A stretch of DNA of 32,000 bases, taken from the sequence record OZ262643.1; one strand, written 5' to 3'. Positions 1 to 10,062 of the stretch are shown piece after piece; positions within the stretch are counted from its first letter, which is position 1, and every line of letters begins with the position of its first letter. Below the pieces are notes generated by a model. That model searched no databases. It saw only the letters and a list, made by a program, of their open reading frames with translations, and had not been told where the DNA came from. A program made the position numbers and the translations under genes.

Positions 1-119
1 GAATGCTTTCGATTATAGTACATCCGAATCGTTATAAATCTAAGGCAGCTGATACATTTAGTCGAGAAATTTTAACTCTCTTTGTAAGACCTAACAATAA
101 TAGAATTCTTACAGATTAA
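1..119 (+). CDS. Possible 3' end of an unidentified ORF truncated by the window edge
   Basis: Frame 3 is open from the window edge to TAA at 117-119 (...[35 protein letters not shown]). The other five frames carry stops. I do not recognise the family. Confidence 0.2.
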   Translation, partial: MLSIIVHPNRYKSKAADTFSREILTLFVRPNNNRILTD

Positions 120-132
120 AGTTTTCAAGACA

Positions 133-435
133 TTAATCAGGCAGAAAAATAGATTGAGACTGAAAACTACCAACATAAACAAAACTAATTCTTAATTTCA
201 ACCACTTTATAAAATCTTCATCTAGAGATACAATGGCAGCTAGTGATTGAGATATACTGAAATCATATTTTGTATTATCCAAAATAGAAATAAATTGAGG
301 CTTTATTGTAAACCAAAAATCAACCTCTTTATTAAGACTTTGGTAATAATGAGTTCTTTCACGCAGTATTTCTTCTATTGGCTCCTGATAAAGAAAAAAA
401 TCTTTACTAGCAATTGCAAAATAATAATTGTACAT
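133..435 (-). CDS. ycf54: Ycf54 (Mg-protoporphyrin monomethyl ester cyclase auxiliary factor)
   Basis: 100 aa. The N-terminus MYNYYFAIASKDFFLYQEPIEEILRERTHYY...EVDFWF and the C-terminal FIKWLKLR motif resemble remembered cyanobacterial and red-algal Ycf54 (..YYYVLAS.KFLL.EEP.EE.L.ER...Y....KEIDFW). ATG start at 433-435. Confidence 0.8.
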   Translation of the reverse strand: MYNYYFAIASKDFFLYQEPIEEILRERTHYYQSLNKEVDFWFTIKPQFISILDNTKYDFSISQSLAAIVSLDEDFIKWLKLRISFVYVGSFQSQSIFLPD

Positions 436-560
436 TATACTATAAAAAATTGTTCAACAAACTTCTCAAAATTGTTTATAAATTTTATTTTAATACAAAA
501 ATATAAACATAAGAAGTATTTACTAAAAATAGATAGAATGAGTTAATAAAAAACATCCAA

Positions 561-1490
561 ATGATTAAATACTGGCCTAGCCAACAAAGCATTAAACTGA
601 ATAATGCTATAGTAGAACTATTTTTAGTAACAGAAAGAAAATTTTACTATCACTTAATAAATCAGACTAATTATTATTTATACATAGATATCCTCAATAA
701 TAAGAACAAACATATACTATTGAAAACAATTCTTAATGAATTTAAAAACCTGTTACTCAATTTAGTAGAAATTAATATAAATCAAAAGCAATTAGATTAT
801 CTAAATAACAAAATTTTTATTATTTTCATCAAAACAACATCAATAAAATTACAATTAAATAAACATAAAAAAAATCATAATAAAGTCATTGAGATTAACA
901 ATTCTTTTCTAATTAAAGAATTAATTACGTACTTAATGTTTGGTTCAGGTACAATTAATATTAATATATTTTCATTTGATCCAATATATACACCTTATAA
1001 ACACGTACAAATTCTATTTGAAAATTTCATCATTCAAGTGGCTAATACCATTATTAAAAGCACTATCGAAGAATTAAGTAACTTTTCAGCAATCAATAGT
1101 TTTTTAAAAAAAGATAATAAATTCAATCAAATATACACATCTAATCGATCTATTATACTTTTTTTAAATAACTTAAGGTTACAAGATATAATAGACTCAT
1201 ACATTTATAAAACCAAATCTTTATATAACGAACGTGAACAAATATGGCTTATTAGCTCTAGCGGAATTATAACTAAATACATATATGTCTCAAAGATCGA
1301 AAAATTAAAAAATTTAAATCAAATACAAACAATATTTTTATTTTGGTTAGAAATCAAAGATATTACGATACCTAAAATAGAGAAAGTAATTATACAAGTA
1401 GGAAAATATATTATATATTTTATCGTTAATTTTTTCAGCAATTTAGTGATTCTACTGATCAGAATTATTATTTTTTATCTAAGCAAATAA
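561..1490 (+). CDS. Conserved-looking hypothetical plastid protein (309 aa), possibly ycf55/DUF3685-like; C-terminal hydrophobic helix
   Basis: A 930-nt ORF with an ATG start is very unlikely to stay open by chance in such AT-rich DNA, where TAA/TAG/TGA are common. The C-terminus IIYFIVNFFSNLVILLIRIIIFYL looks like a transmembrane helix. The ycf55 guess rests only on size and neighbourhood (between ycf54 and ycf53), not on a recognised motif. Confidence 0.55.
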   Translation: MIKYWPSQQSIKLNNAIVELFLVTERKFYYHLINQTNYYLYIDILNNKNKHILLKTILNEFKNLLLNLVEININQKQLDYLNNKIFIIFIKTTSIKLQLNKHKKNHNKVIEINNSFLIKELITYLMFGSGTININIFSFDPIYTPYKHVQILFENFIIQVANTIIKSTIEELSNFSAINSFLKKDNKFNQIYTSNRSIILFLNNLRLQDIIDSYIYKTKSLYNEREQIWLISSSGIITKYIYVSKIEKLKNLNQIQTIFLFWLEIKDITIPKIEKVIIQVGKYIIYFIVNFFSNLVILLIRIIIFYLSK

Positions 1491-1620
1491 AATCACTAAA
1501 GAAATGAATATAAGTTTGAATTAGCAACTATTGAGCTATCAATATTTATTTCAAATAATTATTTGAAGTATTTTATAATTATGAACAAAATTCAGTAAAT
1601 ACAAAAGAATAAATTATCCC

Positions 1621-2298
1621 ATGAATATAGCTATAGAAGAGCATTTTACAACAATCAATAAAACTACAGAGACAATAGTTGAAAATACTTATACAAATGA
1701 ACAAGAAAGATTACTCAAATTTATTATAGAAAGATTAATAATTAACAACAAATCAGCAGATGTATTAGATGGTTTTATATATCAAAAATTATTAAAAACA
1801 CATCAAGAGATAATAAAGAATAAATTAATGAGTTGCTTTCCAAATGGTATAGTAATATTAGAATCTTGCTTAAGGATCAATTATGAACCATTACAAAAAT
1901 TACTGATGAATGAACAGTTTAAAGAAGCAGATAAATTAACGAATAAATATTTGTATGAATTAGTCAAACAAGAATCCCCAGGAGCAAAAAGATGGCTATA
2001 CTTTACAGATATGCAATTTTTACCACCTGAAGACTTATTTACTCTAGATTTTTTATGGCAAATTTACTCAAAAGGTAAATTTGGATTCTCGATTCAAAAA
2101 CAAATATGGATCAAGAATAATGAAAACTGGGATATACTATGGGAAAAAATCAATTGGACTAATAATGGTATAATGAACAGATATCCACAAGAATTTCAAT
2201 GGACAACAGAAGCACCCAAAGGACATTTACCATTATTTAACCAATTACGTGGTACACAAACATTATCGTATTTATTCAAGAGTATAACATGGACATAA
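1621..2298 (+). CDS. ycf53: Ycf53, GUN4-like porphyrin-binding protein
   Basis: 225 aa. The C-terminal half shows the GUN4-domain pattern: FLWQIYSKGKFGFSIQKQIW...W...INW...EAPKGHLP. Confidence 0.75.
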   Translation: MNIAIEEHFTTINKTTETIVENTYTNEQERLLKFIIERLIINNKSADVLDGFIYQKLLKTHQEIIKNKLMSCFPNGIVILESCLRINYEPLQKLLMNEQFKEADKLTNKYLYELVKQESPGAKRWLYFTDMQFLPPEDLFTLDFLWQIYSKGKFGFSIQKQIWIKNNENWDILWEKINWTNNGIMNRYPQEFQWTTEAPKGHLPLFNQLRGTQTLSYLFKSITWT

Positions 2299-2308
2299 TC
2301 TTTAATAA

Positions 2309-3472
2309 CTAATTTAAATTTTTCATTACATCTATAAGTTTAATAAAAATTTTGAATAAATAGTCAGAATCATAGGGGCCAGGACCAGCTTCAGGATGAT
2401 ATTGTACAGAAAAGATGGGCACATTGTTATGTAAAGTGCTAGAAACAGTCAAGTCATTTAAATTAACAGAACTACATTGACATAAATGAATCAACTCACT
2501 TTTTAACAAAGAATCTTTACTCACAGCAAATCCGTGATTTTGACTACTAATTTCAGAATATTGCGAAGAACCTACAGGATGATTTAAACCTCTATGGCCA
2601 AATTTCAATTTAAAAGTTTTTGCACCCATTGCAAGATTTAAGAGTTGATGCCCCATACAAATTCCAAAAATAGGAATATTGGAAAAATGAATTATTTTTT
2701 TGATAGTATCAATTGAATATTGAGCAAAAGAAGGATTACCAGGACCATTAGATAATAATAAACCATCTGGTTTATGAAGCATAATTGTTTCATAACTACA
2801 GTTAGCCGGTAAAACAAAAAGAGCACAACCAATATTCAGTAACTTTCTTAAAATATTTAACTTAACACCAAAATCTATTATGACTATTTTATAAGTATGA
2901 GATAGACTAACAGAACTCTTATCTTTAAAAGATAAGTAAGAATTTACAATTGTATCTAATACAGGCTGAGAAGTATAATAAATCTTTTTAGTAGTAACAG
3001 TATTAACAAAACTTATCTTATTAATATCATGAAACTTTACAGAATTTAAATTAGGATTATAGTGAAGAAGAACCCCATTCATAACACCTTTTGATCTAAT
3101 ATGTCTTGCTAAAGCCCTAGTATCAATACCAAAAATATGTGGCAGATGCTTCAAAATCAAGAAGTTTTTCAATGAAATACTTGATCTCCAATTACTAGAA
3201 ACAGCAGCAATATTTTTAGCAATCACAGCCTGCACATGAATTAATTTAGATTCATTGTCCTGACTATTTAAGCCAGTATTACCTATTTCAGGATAAGTAA
3301 AAATAACCATTTGACCCGCATAGCTAGGATCGGTAAAAATTTCCTGATAACCTGTCATGCCAGTATTAAAAACTATTTCGCCAGAATGAACTAGTAATCT
3401 AAAAAAAGACCAACCTTTATAAGAAGTACCATCCTGTAAATATAAGATTGAGGGATATAAAGTATTTAGCAT
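2309..3472 (-). CDS. carA: Carbamoyl-phosphate synthase small (glutamine amidotransferase) subunit
   Basis: 387 aa. It has the CPSase small-chain N-domain (LYLQDGTSYKGWSF...GEIVFNTGMTGYQEIFTDPSY.GQ.V.FTYP.IGN.G) and GATase class I motifs (PIFGICMGHQLL, VQYHPEAGPGP). Confidence 0.93.
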   Translation of the reverse strand: MLNTLYPSILYLQDGTSYKGWSFFRLLVHSGEIVFNTGMTGYQEIFTDPSYAGQMVIFTYPEIGNTGLNSQDNESKLIHVQAVIAKNIAAVSSNWRSSISLKNFLILKHLPHIFGIDTRALARHIRSKGVMNGVLLHYNPNLNSVKFHDINKISFVNTVTTKKIYYTSQPVLDTIVNSYLSFKDKSSVSLSHTYKIVIIDFGVKLNILRKLLNIGCALFVLPANCSYETIMLHKPDGLLLSNGPGNPSFAQYSIDTIKKIIHFSNIPIFGICMGHQLLNLAMGAKTFKLKFGHRGLNHPVGSSQYSEISSQNHGFAVSKDSLLKSELIHLCQCSSVNLNDLTVSSTLHNNVPIFSVQYHPEAGPGPYDSDYLFKIFIKLIDVMKNLN

Positions 3473-3538
3473 TAAAAAGATAAAAATTTTGAGTAAATAA
3501 TTATATATAAATAAACAGTAGAATCCATAAATTAAAAT

Positions 3539-3574
3539 GAGAATAAAAAAATAATCAAATTATTTTTTACTCTC
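3539..3574 (-). terminator. Imperfect AT-rich hairpin about 15 nt downstream of the petJ stop
   Basis: gagaataaaaaaataat / attattttttactctc can pair with one mismatch or bulge. It is AT-rich, so specificity is weak. Confidence 0.25.
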
Positions 3575-3588
3575 AGAATTAATGTTAG

Positions 3589-3936
3589 TTACCAACTATT
3601 AGTTTTCGCCTGATTTAAAACATAATTAGCAACACTTTCAATTTCATTATCTTCTAAGTTACCACCAAAAGCAGGCATAGCACCATTACCATTAGTAACT
3701 TGTTTTACAATAGCACTAATACTATCTTTACTAAAACGCGTTAAATCTTCTATTTTCAATGTTTTTTCAGTAAGGACAGAGTTGTTCCCACCATTATGAC
3801 AAGCTATACAATTACCATTGAAAATACGCTCACCTAATGCAATACTAACTTCATCCTCTTGACTAGTAACTACTTGTAAGCCTATAAATAATGTAACTAC
3901 AAAACTAAAAAACAAAGACAATATAAATTTCATCAT
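3589..3936 (-). CDS. petJ: Cytochrome c6 (c553) precursor
   Basis: It has a signal peptide and the haem motif CIACH. The sequence ...NGNGAMPAFGG.L.D.EIE.VANYVL.Q matches cytochrome c6. The ORF-track start at 3951 is TTG, so I prefer the first ATG (MMKFILS...) at 3936. Confidence 0.9.
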   Translation of the reverse strand: MMKFILSLFFSFVVTLFIGLQVVTSQEDEVSIALGERIFNGNCIACHNGGNNSVLTEKTLKIEDLTRFSKDSISAIVKQVTNGNGAMPAFGGNLEDNEIESVANYVLNQAKTNSW

Positions 3937-3974
3937 GAAGTTCCTTAACAAATAATAAAAGCAAAAAATTTAAT

Positions 3975-3998
3975 AGAGATAATGTTCTCATTATTTCT
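3975..3998 (-). terminator. Hairpin between the psbV 3' end and the petJ start
   Basis: agagataatg-ttct-cattatttct forms a 10-bp stem (one G-U) with a 4-nt loop, about 57 nt downstream of the psbV stop. Confidence 0.3.
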
Positions 3999-4054
3999 AT
4001 ATAAGACACCTATCTTACCTACTTATCATTATATATTTTTTTTATACAAAAAAA

Positions 4055-4573
4055 CTAATAATAAATTTTTCCTCCACCCCACTTATCGGGTAAAATTTTA
4101 TGCTGAAGCAAAATATACCCTGCAACAGAAAATAAATCTTCATCAGTTAGATTGCGCATTTTAGGAAAAATTTCAGCACTTTTAATACTCGGATGTAACT
4201 CAGCTATCGAATATTGACCATCATAGCTAGTTGGCTCCTTCATATAGTCTATAAGACTAACAACAGTATCACGAGCAGGAGTAGCTAAACTTAAAGACTC
4301 TAATTCTAACCCAACATTAGGATTAGTCTTAGTTATACCACCATTATGACATTGAGCACAAGAATTATTAAACAGACGTTTTCCCCGCTTTACTTGCTCT
4401 GGAGTCAGTGTAACAGTCTTACCAGAATTGTCGAGAATAATTGTTCTTGTTGCCTCATCTAACTCTATAGAAAAAGTAGGAAGTACAACTAGAGTAAAAA
4501 CAAATAAAAATATTGGCATCAATGAAAACATTGACTTCTTTAAAAGCATAATGAACCTATTTAACATTAACAT
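4055..4573 (-). CDS. psbV: Cytochrome c550 of PSII (PsbV) precursor
   Basis: It carries the haem motif CAQCH, with ELDEATRT...LTPEQVKRGKRLFN..CAQCH.GGITKTNPNVGL typical of PsbV. The start is ambiguous among several in-frame ATGs (4573, 4567, 4549...). Confidence 0.9.
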   Translation of the reverse strand: MLMLNRFIMLLKKSMFSLMPIFLFVFTLVVLPTFSIELDEATRTIILDNSGKTVTLTPEQVKRGKRLFNNSCAQCHNGGITKTNPNVGLELESLSLATPARDTVVSLIDYMKEPTSYDGQYSIAELHPSIKSAEIFPKMRNLTDEDLFSVAGYILLQHKILPDKWGGGKIYY

Positions 4574-4747
4574 AAAAAATAAAAATTTTAGCCTATTAAT
4601 TGAGATAGTAATTTAATATAACTTAAATTACATGATTACCTTTTAATTATTTTAGTAATAATTTTTGAATAATTATATTTATTAAAATTTTCTTAATATT
4701 AATACGATATATATATGGAAATATATAGAAAAGTTAATAATTGTAAA

Positions 4748-5617
4748 CTAATCGTAGTATTTTACATATAGGGACAGAAGCATATATAATTTCGAGCGTA
4801 ACTCTTTTCGTGGAATAATTAAATCTATAAAGCCATGCTTAAATAAATACTCAGATGTCTGAAAATTATCTGGAAGATCCTCTTTAATAGTTTGTTCAAT
4901 TACTCTCCTACCAGCAAAGGCAATCAATGCACCTGGTTCAGCTATAATTAAATCACCTAACATTGCAAAACTAGCTGTAACTCCACCTGTAGTTGGTGAT
5001 GTTAGGACTGTAAAGTAAGGTAAACTTGATTGACTATGTTTATATAAAGCAGAAGAAATTTTAGCCATTTGCATTAAACTTAGCATACCTTCTTGCATTC
5101 TTGCTCCACCAGAAGCACATATAATAATTAAAGGTAAGTTATGACTAGTCGCATATTCAATTAAACGAGTTAACTTCTCGCCTACGACTGAACCCATACT
5201 GCCACCCATAAACCTAAAGTCCATAATACCGCAAGCAACAGAAATACCAAAAATAGAGGAAAACCCTGTTTGTACTGCATCACAAAGACCGGTTTTCATC
5301 TTTGTATCTAATAATCTATGACTATATAACTTCCTATCAGCAAATCCTAATGGATCCGTAGAAGAAAGATTGTTGTCAATACTATACCAACTATCTAAGT
5401 CGAAAATTTGTTTAATTCTATCTTGACTAGATGAAGGAAAATGATAACCACATTTAGGACAAACTTTCAAATTCAGATCTAAAACTTTACTGTACATTAA
5501 AGAGCTACATTTGCTACATTTAATCCATAGCCTATGGGACATAACAGCTGTACTCTGTGTAGTTTTATCATCTAACAGTAAATTTCGTTTCTGAACCAAC
5601 CAATCAGATAGTGACAT
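4748..5617 (-). CDS. accD: Acetyl-CoA carboxylase carboxyltransferase beta subunit
   Basis: 289 aa. It has a Zn-ribbon (CSKC...CPKCGYH) followed by the carboxyltransferase core [13 protein letters not shown] and GGARMQEG. Confidence 0.93.
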   Translation of the reverse strand: MSLSDWLVQKRNLLLDDKTTQSTAVMSHRLWIKCSKCSSLMYSKVLDLNLKVCPKCGYHFPSSSQDRIKQIFDLDSWYSIDNNLSSTDPLGFADRKLYSHRLLDTKMKTGLCDAVQTGFSSIFGISVACGIMDFRFMGGSMGSVVGEKLTRLIEYATSHNLPLIIICASGGARMQEGMLSLMQMAKISSALYKHSQSSLPYFTVLTSPTTGGVTASFAMLGDLIIAEPGALIAFAGRRVIEQTIKEDLPDNFQTSEYLFKHGFIDLIIPRKELRSKLYMLLSLYVKYYD

Positions 5618-5735
5618 ATTGATAAAATTCTTAATTTAATATTTACGTGAATTGCAAATTTATATAGGAAATACAGTAATTAACAAATATTCAATACAAT
5701 ACTTACTGACTTATCATCATGGAGTGCAATAAGAA

Positions 5736-5754
5736 GCAAAGTAATATACTTTGC
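5736..5754 (-). terminator. Perfect 8-bp hairpin 19 nt downstream of the psbX stop
   Basis: gcaaagta-ata-tactttgc is a perfect 8-bp stem with a 3-nt loop, read directly from the sequence. Confidence 0.35.
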
Positions 5755-5772
5755 ATAAATCATAAATTTTAG

Positions 5773-5892
5773 TTAATTACGTTGCGTTTTATCTTTTTGA
5801 CTAACAAACAAAAGTGCTAAACTGATAGGTACAACAACGACAACTGATCCTAAAAGTAAACTATTTAGAAAATTAGATAAAGATGGAGTCAT
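5773..5892 (-). CDS. psbX: Photosystem II protein X
   Basis: The last 39 aa of the 85-aa track ORF read [39 protein letters not shown]. This matches PsbX (MTPSL..F..SL..G...V.IP....L.F.SQKDK). ATG is at 5890-5892, with AAGGA about 9 nt upstream. The longer ORF would overlap fabH and is rejected. Confidence 0.88.
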   Translation of the reverse strand: MTPSLSNFLNSLLLGSVVVVVPISLALLFVSQKDKTQRN

Positions 5893-6005
5893 AATTACTA
5901 TCCTTGTTTTTAGTATAAAAAATATAATACTAAACCAATATTGTAAAATAATACATTGGTTATATAAATATATTTTAATATATATAATACAAAAATAGAC
6001 AAGAT

Positions 6006-7025
6006 TTATCCTAATTGTAATTTTTTCCACCTAATAACTACTGTTCCCCATGTTAAACCAGCACCAAAACCAGCTATAACAACAATATCGTTATCAGAGA
6101 TTTTATTATCTTCTAGCGCTTCATCTAGTGCTAAAGGTATAGAAGCAGCAGATGTATTACCATATTTGTTTAGATTTGCTATAATTTTATTACTACTAAT
6201 AGACAATTTATCTGCTACAGCATTAAGAATTCTTTCATTAGCCTGATGTAGCAAAAGCCAATTAACATCATCAATAGACATATTCAGTGAATTTAAGCAT
6301 TTTAAAATACTCAAGGGGACTTGAGAGACAGCAAACTTATAGACTTCTTTACCATTCATCAAAATAGAATTAAAAGATCCTTGATATATATTTAACAATG
6401 AATGTACTTGTTGACTTTCTTTATAAGGAATAGATAAATGATTAGCATAAGTACCATCCGTATTCAACTGAAAATTTAAGATTGAGTTTTCAATACTAGG
6501 ACAAGATTGGAGTATCATTGCCCCTGCAGCATCACCAAATAAAATACATGTACTACGATCTGACCAATTAATCCATTTTGATAACACATCGGCACCAACG
6601 ACTAAAATTTTACAGTAACTACCTGTTTGTATAAACTGTGAAGCAGTAACTAAACCTAATACAAAACCTGAACAAGCTGCAGTTAAGTCAAAAGCGACTG
6701 CATTTATAGCTCCTATTTTATATTGTATTTGACTAGCACTACCAAATAAATCATTTGGAGTAGAGGTCGCCAAAATAATTAAGTCTATTTCAGATGGGTC
6801 CATCGAAATTTTATCTAAAGCTTTTCTAGACGCAACAATTGCAAGATCAATTATAGATTGCTGTTCACCTGTTAATAGCCTTCTTTCTTTAATTCCAGTA
6901 CGAGTAGATATCCACTCATCAGAAGTTTCTACAATTTCACTAATTTGATTATTGTTTAAACTCATATGAGGAACAGCAGAACCTGTAGAAAGGATTTTGA
7001 CTCCTTTTGTTATAGACGATTTCAT
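6006..7025 (-). CDS. fabH: 3-oxoacyl-ACP synthase III
   Basis: It has the active-site Cys (AACSGF), HQAN and GNTSAASIP motifs, and GFGAGLTWG. The track start at 7043 is GTG, so the ATG at 7025 ([19 protein letters not shown]) is preferred. Confidence 0.92.
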   Translation of the reverse strand: MKSSITKGVKILSTGSAVPHMSLNNNQISEIVETSDEWISTRTGIKERRLLTGEQQSIIDLAIVASRKALDKISMDPSEIDLIILATSTPNDLFGSASQIQYKIGAINAVAFDLTAACSGFVLGLVTASQFIQTGSYCKILVVGADVLSKWINWSDRSTCILFGDAAGAMILQSCPSIENSILNFQLNTDGTYANHLSIPYKESQQVHSLLNIYQGSFNSILMNGKEVYKFAVSQVPLSILKCLNSLNMSIDDVNWLLLHQANERILNAVADKLSISSNKIIANLNKYGNTSAASIPLALDEALEDNKISDNDIVVIAGFGAGLTWGTVVIRWKKLQLG

Positions 7026-7264
7026 ATCATTTTTACAATACACTTAAATTACGAAATCAATCTTTATATAAAACTATTAAATATTAATTTTATTCTAAGA
7101 AAGATGATTTACAGATCAAATAAGAAAAACCCGAAAAATACCTAAATATTGCAAGTTAATTGCTGCTACTTTTCAGTCCTGACAAAATTCACTATTTTAT
7201 TTATGTATTATTTCGAGCTTGATTAAATTATAACATTACATCGAATATTAAACAACTATATTAA

Positions 7265-7753
7265 TTATGCAGACATACCTTGGATTATAAAATCAAAGTA
7301 CGGAGCCACTAGTTTTAACTCAGAATCAGATAAAAATTCCATAGCAGCATTTTTAAGACATTGCATTGAATCTATCATCCCTAATACAGGTACACCTAGT
7401 GAATTATACATTTCTTTAACACCAATTACACCTACTTGCTCAATAGAATCTTTTTCCCCAGATAGAACTCCATAAGTGATAAGTCTTAAATACCAACCGT
7501 AATCTCGTAAACACAAGGATCTCTTGCGAGCACCTTCAGCATTACCACCAGGTGCAATATATTCAGGATGAATCTGAAAAATAGATTTACTGGCTATCTT
7601 AATAATTTGTTGTTCTTTATCTCTCAATATACAGATAACTTTAATTCTCTCTTCAGCAGTTTTAAAATAACTATTTAACCCGTCTAATTCACCTACACTT
7701 GGATAACGCAAATCATTATCTGCGTCTAATATGACTTTAGTGACTATACTCAT
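7265..7753 (-). CDS. apcD: Allophycocyanin alpha-B subunit
   Basis: 162 aa, alpha-type phycobiliprotein. The motifs CLRDYGWYLRLITYGVL and GVKEMYNSLGVP, including the Trp next to the chromophore Cys region, are as I remember for ApcD rather than ApcA (CLRDLDYYLRLVTYG). Confidence 0.8.
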   Translation of the reverse strand: MSIVTKVILDADNDLRYPSVGELDGLNSYFKTAEERIKVICILRDKEQQIIKIASKSIFQIHPEYIAPGGNAEGARKRSLCLRDYGWYLRLITYGVLSGEKDSIEQVGVIGVKEMYNSLGVPVLGMIDSMQCLKNAAMEFLSDSELKLVAPYFDFIIQGMSA

Positions 7754-7916
7754 ATCTACAAAATTAATCTATACATGAATTTTTAGTTATTGATACATAT
7801 AAAATATATTAACAAAAATTCAATTATAATTAGCAAGGAAAATATAGCTACAGTATATACTTTAATTAATGCCATAAGAAAAGATTACACTATATGAAAG
7901 TTTTTGCAGATAAAAG

Positions 7917-8045
7917 CTAAAAAGAGAATGATAAAATATCCGGAAAGAAGCGATTAATTTCTATAATAAAACCAGCTGTGAATGTTATCCATAACGTACC
8001 AAGAACAGGTGCTGTAGACAAGTACTTCAAAAAATTATTATCCAT
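7917..8045 (-). CDS. psaJ: Photosystem I subunit IX
   Basis: It is not in the ORF track. Hand translation of the minus strand gives [42 protein letters not shown] (42 aa). This matches the PsaJ pattern [10 protein letters not shown]......TFTAG..IE.NRFFPD. It sits immediately downstream of psaF, the usual psaF-psaJ arrangement. Confidence 0.9.
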   Translation of the reverse strand: MDNNFLKYLSTAPVLGTLWITFTAGFIIEINRFFPDILSFSF

Positions 8046-8093
8046 TTATATCCTTAATTTATTTATTTTATTTAACACCAATTGAATAAAGCT

Positions 8094-8648
8094 TTAGCGA
8101 GGAGACACAGTAATATCATCATCAGAAGCTAATAAGCGTCCACTAGTAAATTCCTGTAAAGCAGCTAAAGGCCATGTAAAACCAGATAGAGAAAATTTAA
8201 GCGCTAGGGGTACATCTATAATAATTTCTTTTTCAGTTGGCTTATTAACAGATGAAATGGCTTGTAAATAACTACGACCAACCCATCCAATCCATCCTGT
8301 AATATATATAAATATTAAACCAGGAAACATAAAATCCCCTGCATGATCCCAGCGACCATCAGCAATTAAATGTGGTAAACCCTCTGTACCACATAAAATT
8401 CCAGCATTGCTATATTTAGCAAATCGATTTTTAGTCGCGTTAATCTGTTTCTCTATAGCAATAGCAGGTGGAGTTGAAGGTTCATATTTAGATAAACGAA
8501 ATTCTAATTTTTTCACTGACTTCTTTAACCTCTGATTAAATGCGGCAGAATCTTTACACGGAACTAGTACAGGTACTTCCGCATTTACAAAACTCGATGT
8601 AGATAAAAATAAACAACCTGTCAGAACTATGAAGATAAGTTTTTTCAC
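8094..8648 (-). CDS. psaF: Photosystem I subunit III precursor
   Basis: It carries the PsaF core (LVPC.DS.AF..R.......L..RL.KYE..S.P..A....I..T..RF..Y...GLLCG.EGLPHLI.DGR). There is no in-frame ATG between the upstream TAA (8685-8687) and the signal peptide. GTG at 8646-8648 ([11 protein letters not shown]...) lies 11-12 nt after AAGGA. The track alternative is TTG at 8672. Confidence 0.88.
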   Translation of the reverse strand: MKKLIFIVLTGCLFLSTSSFVNAEVPVLVPCKDSAAFNQRLKKSVKKLEFRLSKYEPSTPPAIAIEKQINATKNRFAKYSNAGILCGTEGLPHLIADGRWDHAGDFMFPGLIFIYITGWIGWVGRSYLQAISSVNKPTEKEIIIDVPLALKFSLSGFTWPLAALQEFTSGRLLASDDDITVSPR

Positions 8649-8833
8649 AATATTAAATTTCCTTAAAAACAAAATAAAAAATAATTACAAAAAGTTTCAA
8701 TATATGTGCAATCAAAATAAACTATAATGACTAACTATAATATATATATAAAAATTATATAAAAAAAGTAACATTTTTTGAACACTCAACAAATATTTAT
8801 ATATTAAAACTAATAAAAAATCACAATATTTAT

Positions 8834-9364
8834 ATGACATTTTGGAATTTTTTCTTCACCAGTAAAAAAACAGAAATTATACATAATAAAAATAAGGATT
8901 CAGAAAAGAAAATATTTATTGAAAAATTAATAAAAAATAATGACAATATTAATATTTATTATAGTACAAATAAAAACATTAATTTAAATGACTTAGAAAA
9001 GCTATGTGATTCTGTAGGATGGGTAAAAAGACCACTAAAAAAGGTAAAAATTGCTATAGAAAACAGCTTTTTAATAATATCAATATTCTACTATCACAGC
9101 AATGAAGAAAAGTTGATTGGCTTTGCAAGAGCTACATCGGATGGATCTTTTAACGCTACAATTTGGGACGTAGTTATAGATCCAAAATTTCAAGGTAAAG
9201 GCTTAGGAAAAGCATTAATGGAAGAAACAATTAAAGAATTAAGATATCATGATATAAGTACAATCACACTTTTTGCTGATCCAGAAGTTATAAAATTTTA
9301 TAAAAGCATAGGATTCATGACAGATCCTGATGGCGTAAAAGGAATGTTTTGGTACCCTATATAA
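8834..9364 (+). CDS. ycf52: GNAT-family N-acetyltransferase (red-algal ycf52 type)
   Basis: 176 aa. It has the GNAT acetyl-CoA-binding motif V.IDPKFQGKGLGKALME and a C-terminal FY...GF. Confidence 0.75.
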   Translation: MTFWNFFFTSKKTEIIHNKNKDSEKKIFIEKLIKNNDNINIYYSTNKNINLNDLEKLCDSVGWVKRPLKKVKIAIENSFLIISIFYYHSNEEKLIGFARATSDGSFNATIWDVVIDPKFQGKGLGKALMEETIKELRYHDISTITLFADPEVIKFYKSIGFMTDPDGVKGMFWYPI

Positions 9365-9449
9365 ATTGCCATTATTAGAAAAAATCCAATAGAAAGTAGA
9401 CAGTATAACTATAATATTGTATAGTGTTTCTGAATCGTGAGGAATAAAA

Positions 9450-9523
9450 CGGGATATAGCGCAGCTTGGTAGCGCGCCTGCTTTGGGAGCAGGATGTCGC
9501 AGGTTCAAATCCTGCTATCCCGA
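9450..9523 (+). tRNA. trnP: tRNA-Pro (UGG)
   Basis: It folds by hand as acceptor cgggata/tatcccg, D stem gcgc/gcgc, anticodon stem cctgc/gcagg with loop ttTGGga, and T arm gcagg-ttcaaat-cctgc. Confidence 0.9.
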
Positions 9524-9570
9524 TGATCTAATACAACACTCCAATTTCATAATATAAAATTCTAGTAATT

Positions 9571-10062
9571 TCACTGGTCAATAGAGTCACTTGTAACTAA
9601 TCTCTTAATTTTTTTTTCGATAAAGTCAACTTTTTTAGGATTGTCTAAATTATTGTAAATTTCAAGTAACCCGTTTAATATAGTTATATCATTCGGAATA
9701 AGAGCTAATGCTTTCAAAAAATAATATTCTGAAATATAAAGAAACTCACTTTTTTTATAACAACTAGCCAAAGATACATATGTTAAAAATTTGTGTAAAG
9801 GACAAAGAAAAAGCAACAATTCTCCTAGTGATATGCATAAGAAAAACTTTTTGCGACTTATAAAATAATTAAACAAATACTTATGAAATTTATCACCTAT
9901 GATATTAACTATATTTATCTTAGAAAAATAGAATAGATAATAAATTAATAAGTAATTCTTAATAAACATATAAATTTGTTGTGTAATGACTAATGATAAT
10001 GGTACTAAAAATAACAATGCAATCAAGATATATAAACGAAACAATAAAATATTATTAGTCAT
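9571..10062 (-). CDS. Membrane-anchored TPR-like protein, possibly ycf37
   Basis: The ORF is open from 10203 (TTG). The first plausible ATG at 10062 gives about 163 aa. A hydrophobic N-terminal helix (LFRLYILIALLFLVPLSLVI) is followed by a helical, TPR-like C-terminus (EYYFLKALALIPNDITILNGLLEIYNNL). The architecture matches my memory of Ycf37, but the identity is not verified. Confidence 0.45.
   Translation of the reverse strand: MTNNILLFRLYILIALLFLVPLSLVITQQIYMFIKNYLLIYYLFYFSKINIVNIIGDKFHKYLFNYFISRKKFFLCISLGELLLFLCPLHKFLTYVSLASCYKKSEFLYISEYYFLKALALIPNDITILNGLLEIYNNLDNPKKVDFIEKKIKRLVTSDSIDQ

Noticed and set aside
247-546. 99-aa ORF antisense to ycf54
   Set aside because: It overlaps the well-supported ycf54 on the opposite strand and is low-complexity with no recognisable motif. 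It is a mirror-frame artefact.
3982-4616. ORFs 3982-4164 (+) and 4428-4616 (+) antisense to psbV
   Set aside because: Both overlap psbV (haem motif, strong family match) on the other strand. Both are short with no motifs.
5893-6030. N-terminal extension of the 85-aa ORF containing psbX
   Set aside because: The extension ([21 protein letters not shown]...) is not PsbX-like and would overlap the fabH 3' end. An internal ATG with an upstream AAGGA gives a canonical 39-aa PsbX.
9239-9508. 89-aa minus-strand ORF spanning the ycf52 3' end and trnP
   Set aside because: It is antisense to both a GNAT CDS and a well-folding tRNA-Pro and carries no motif.
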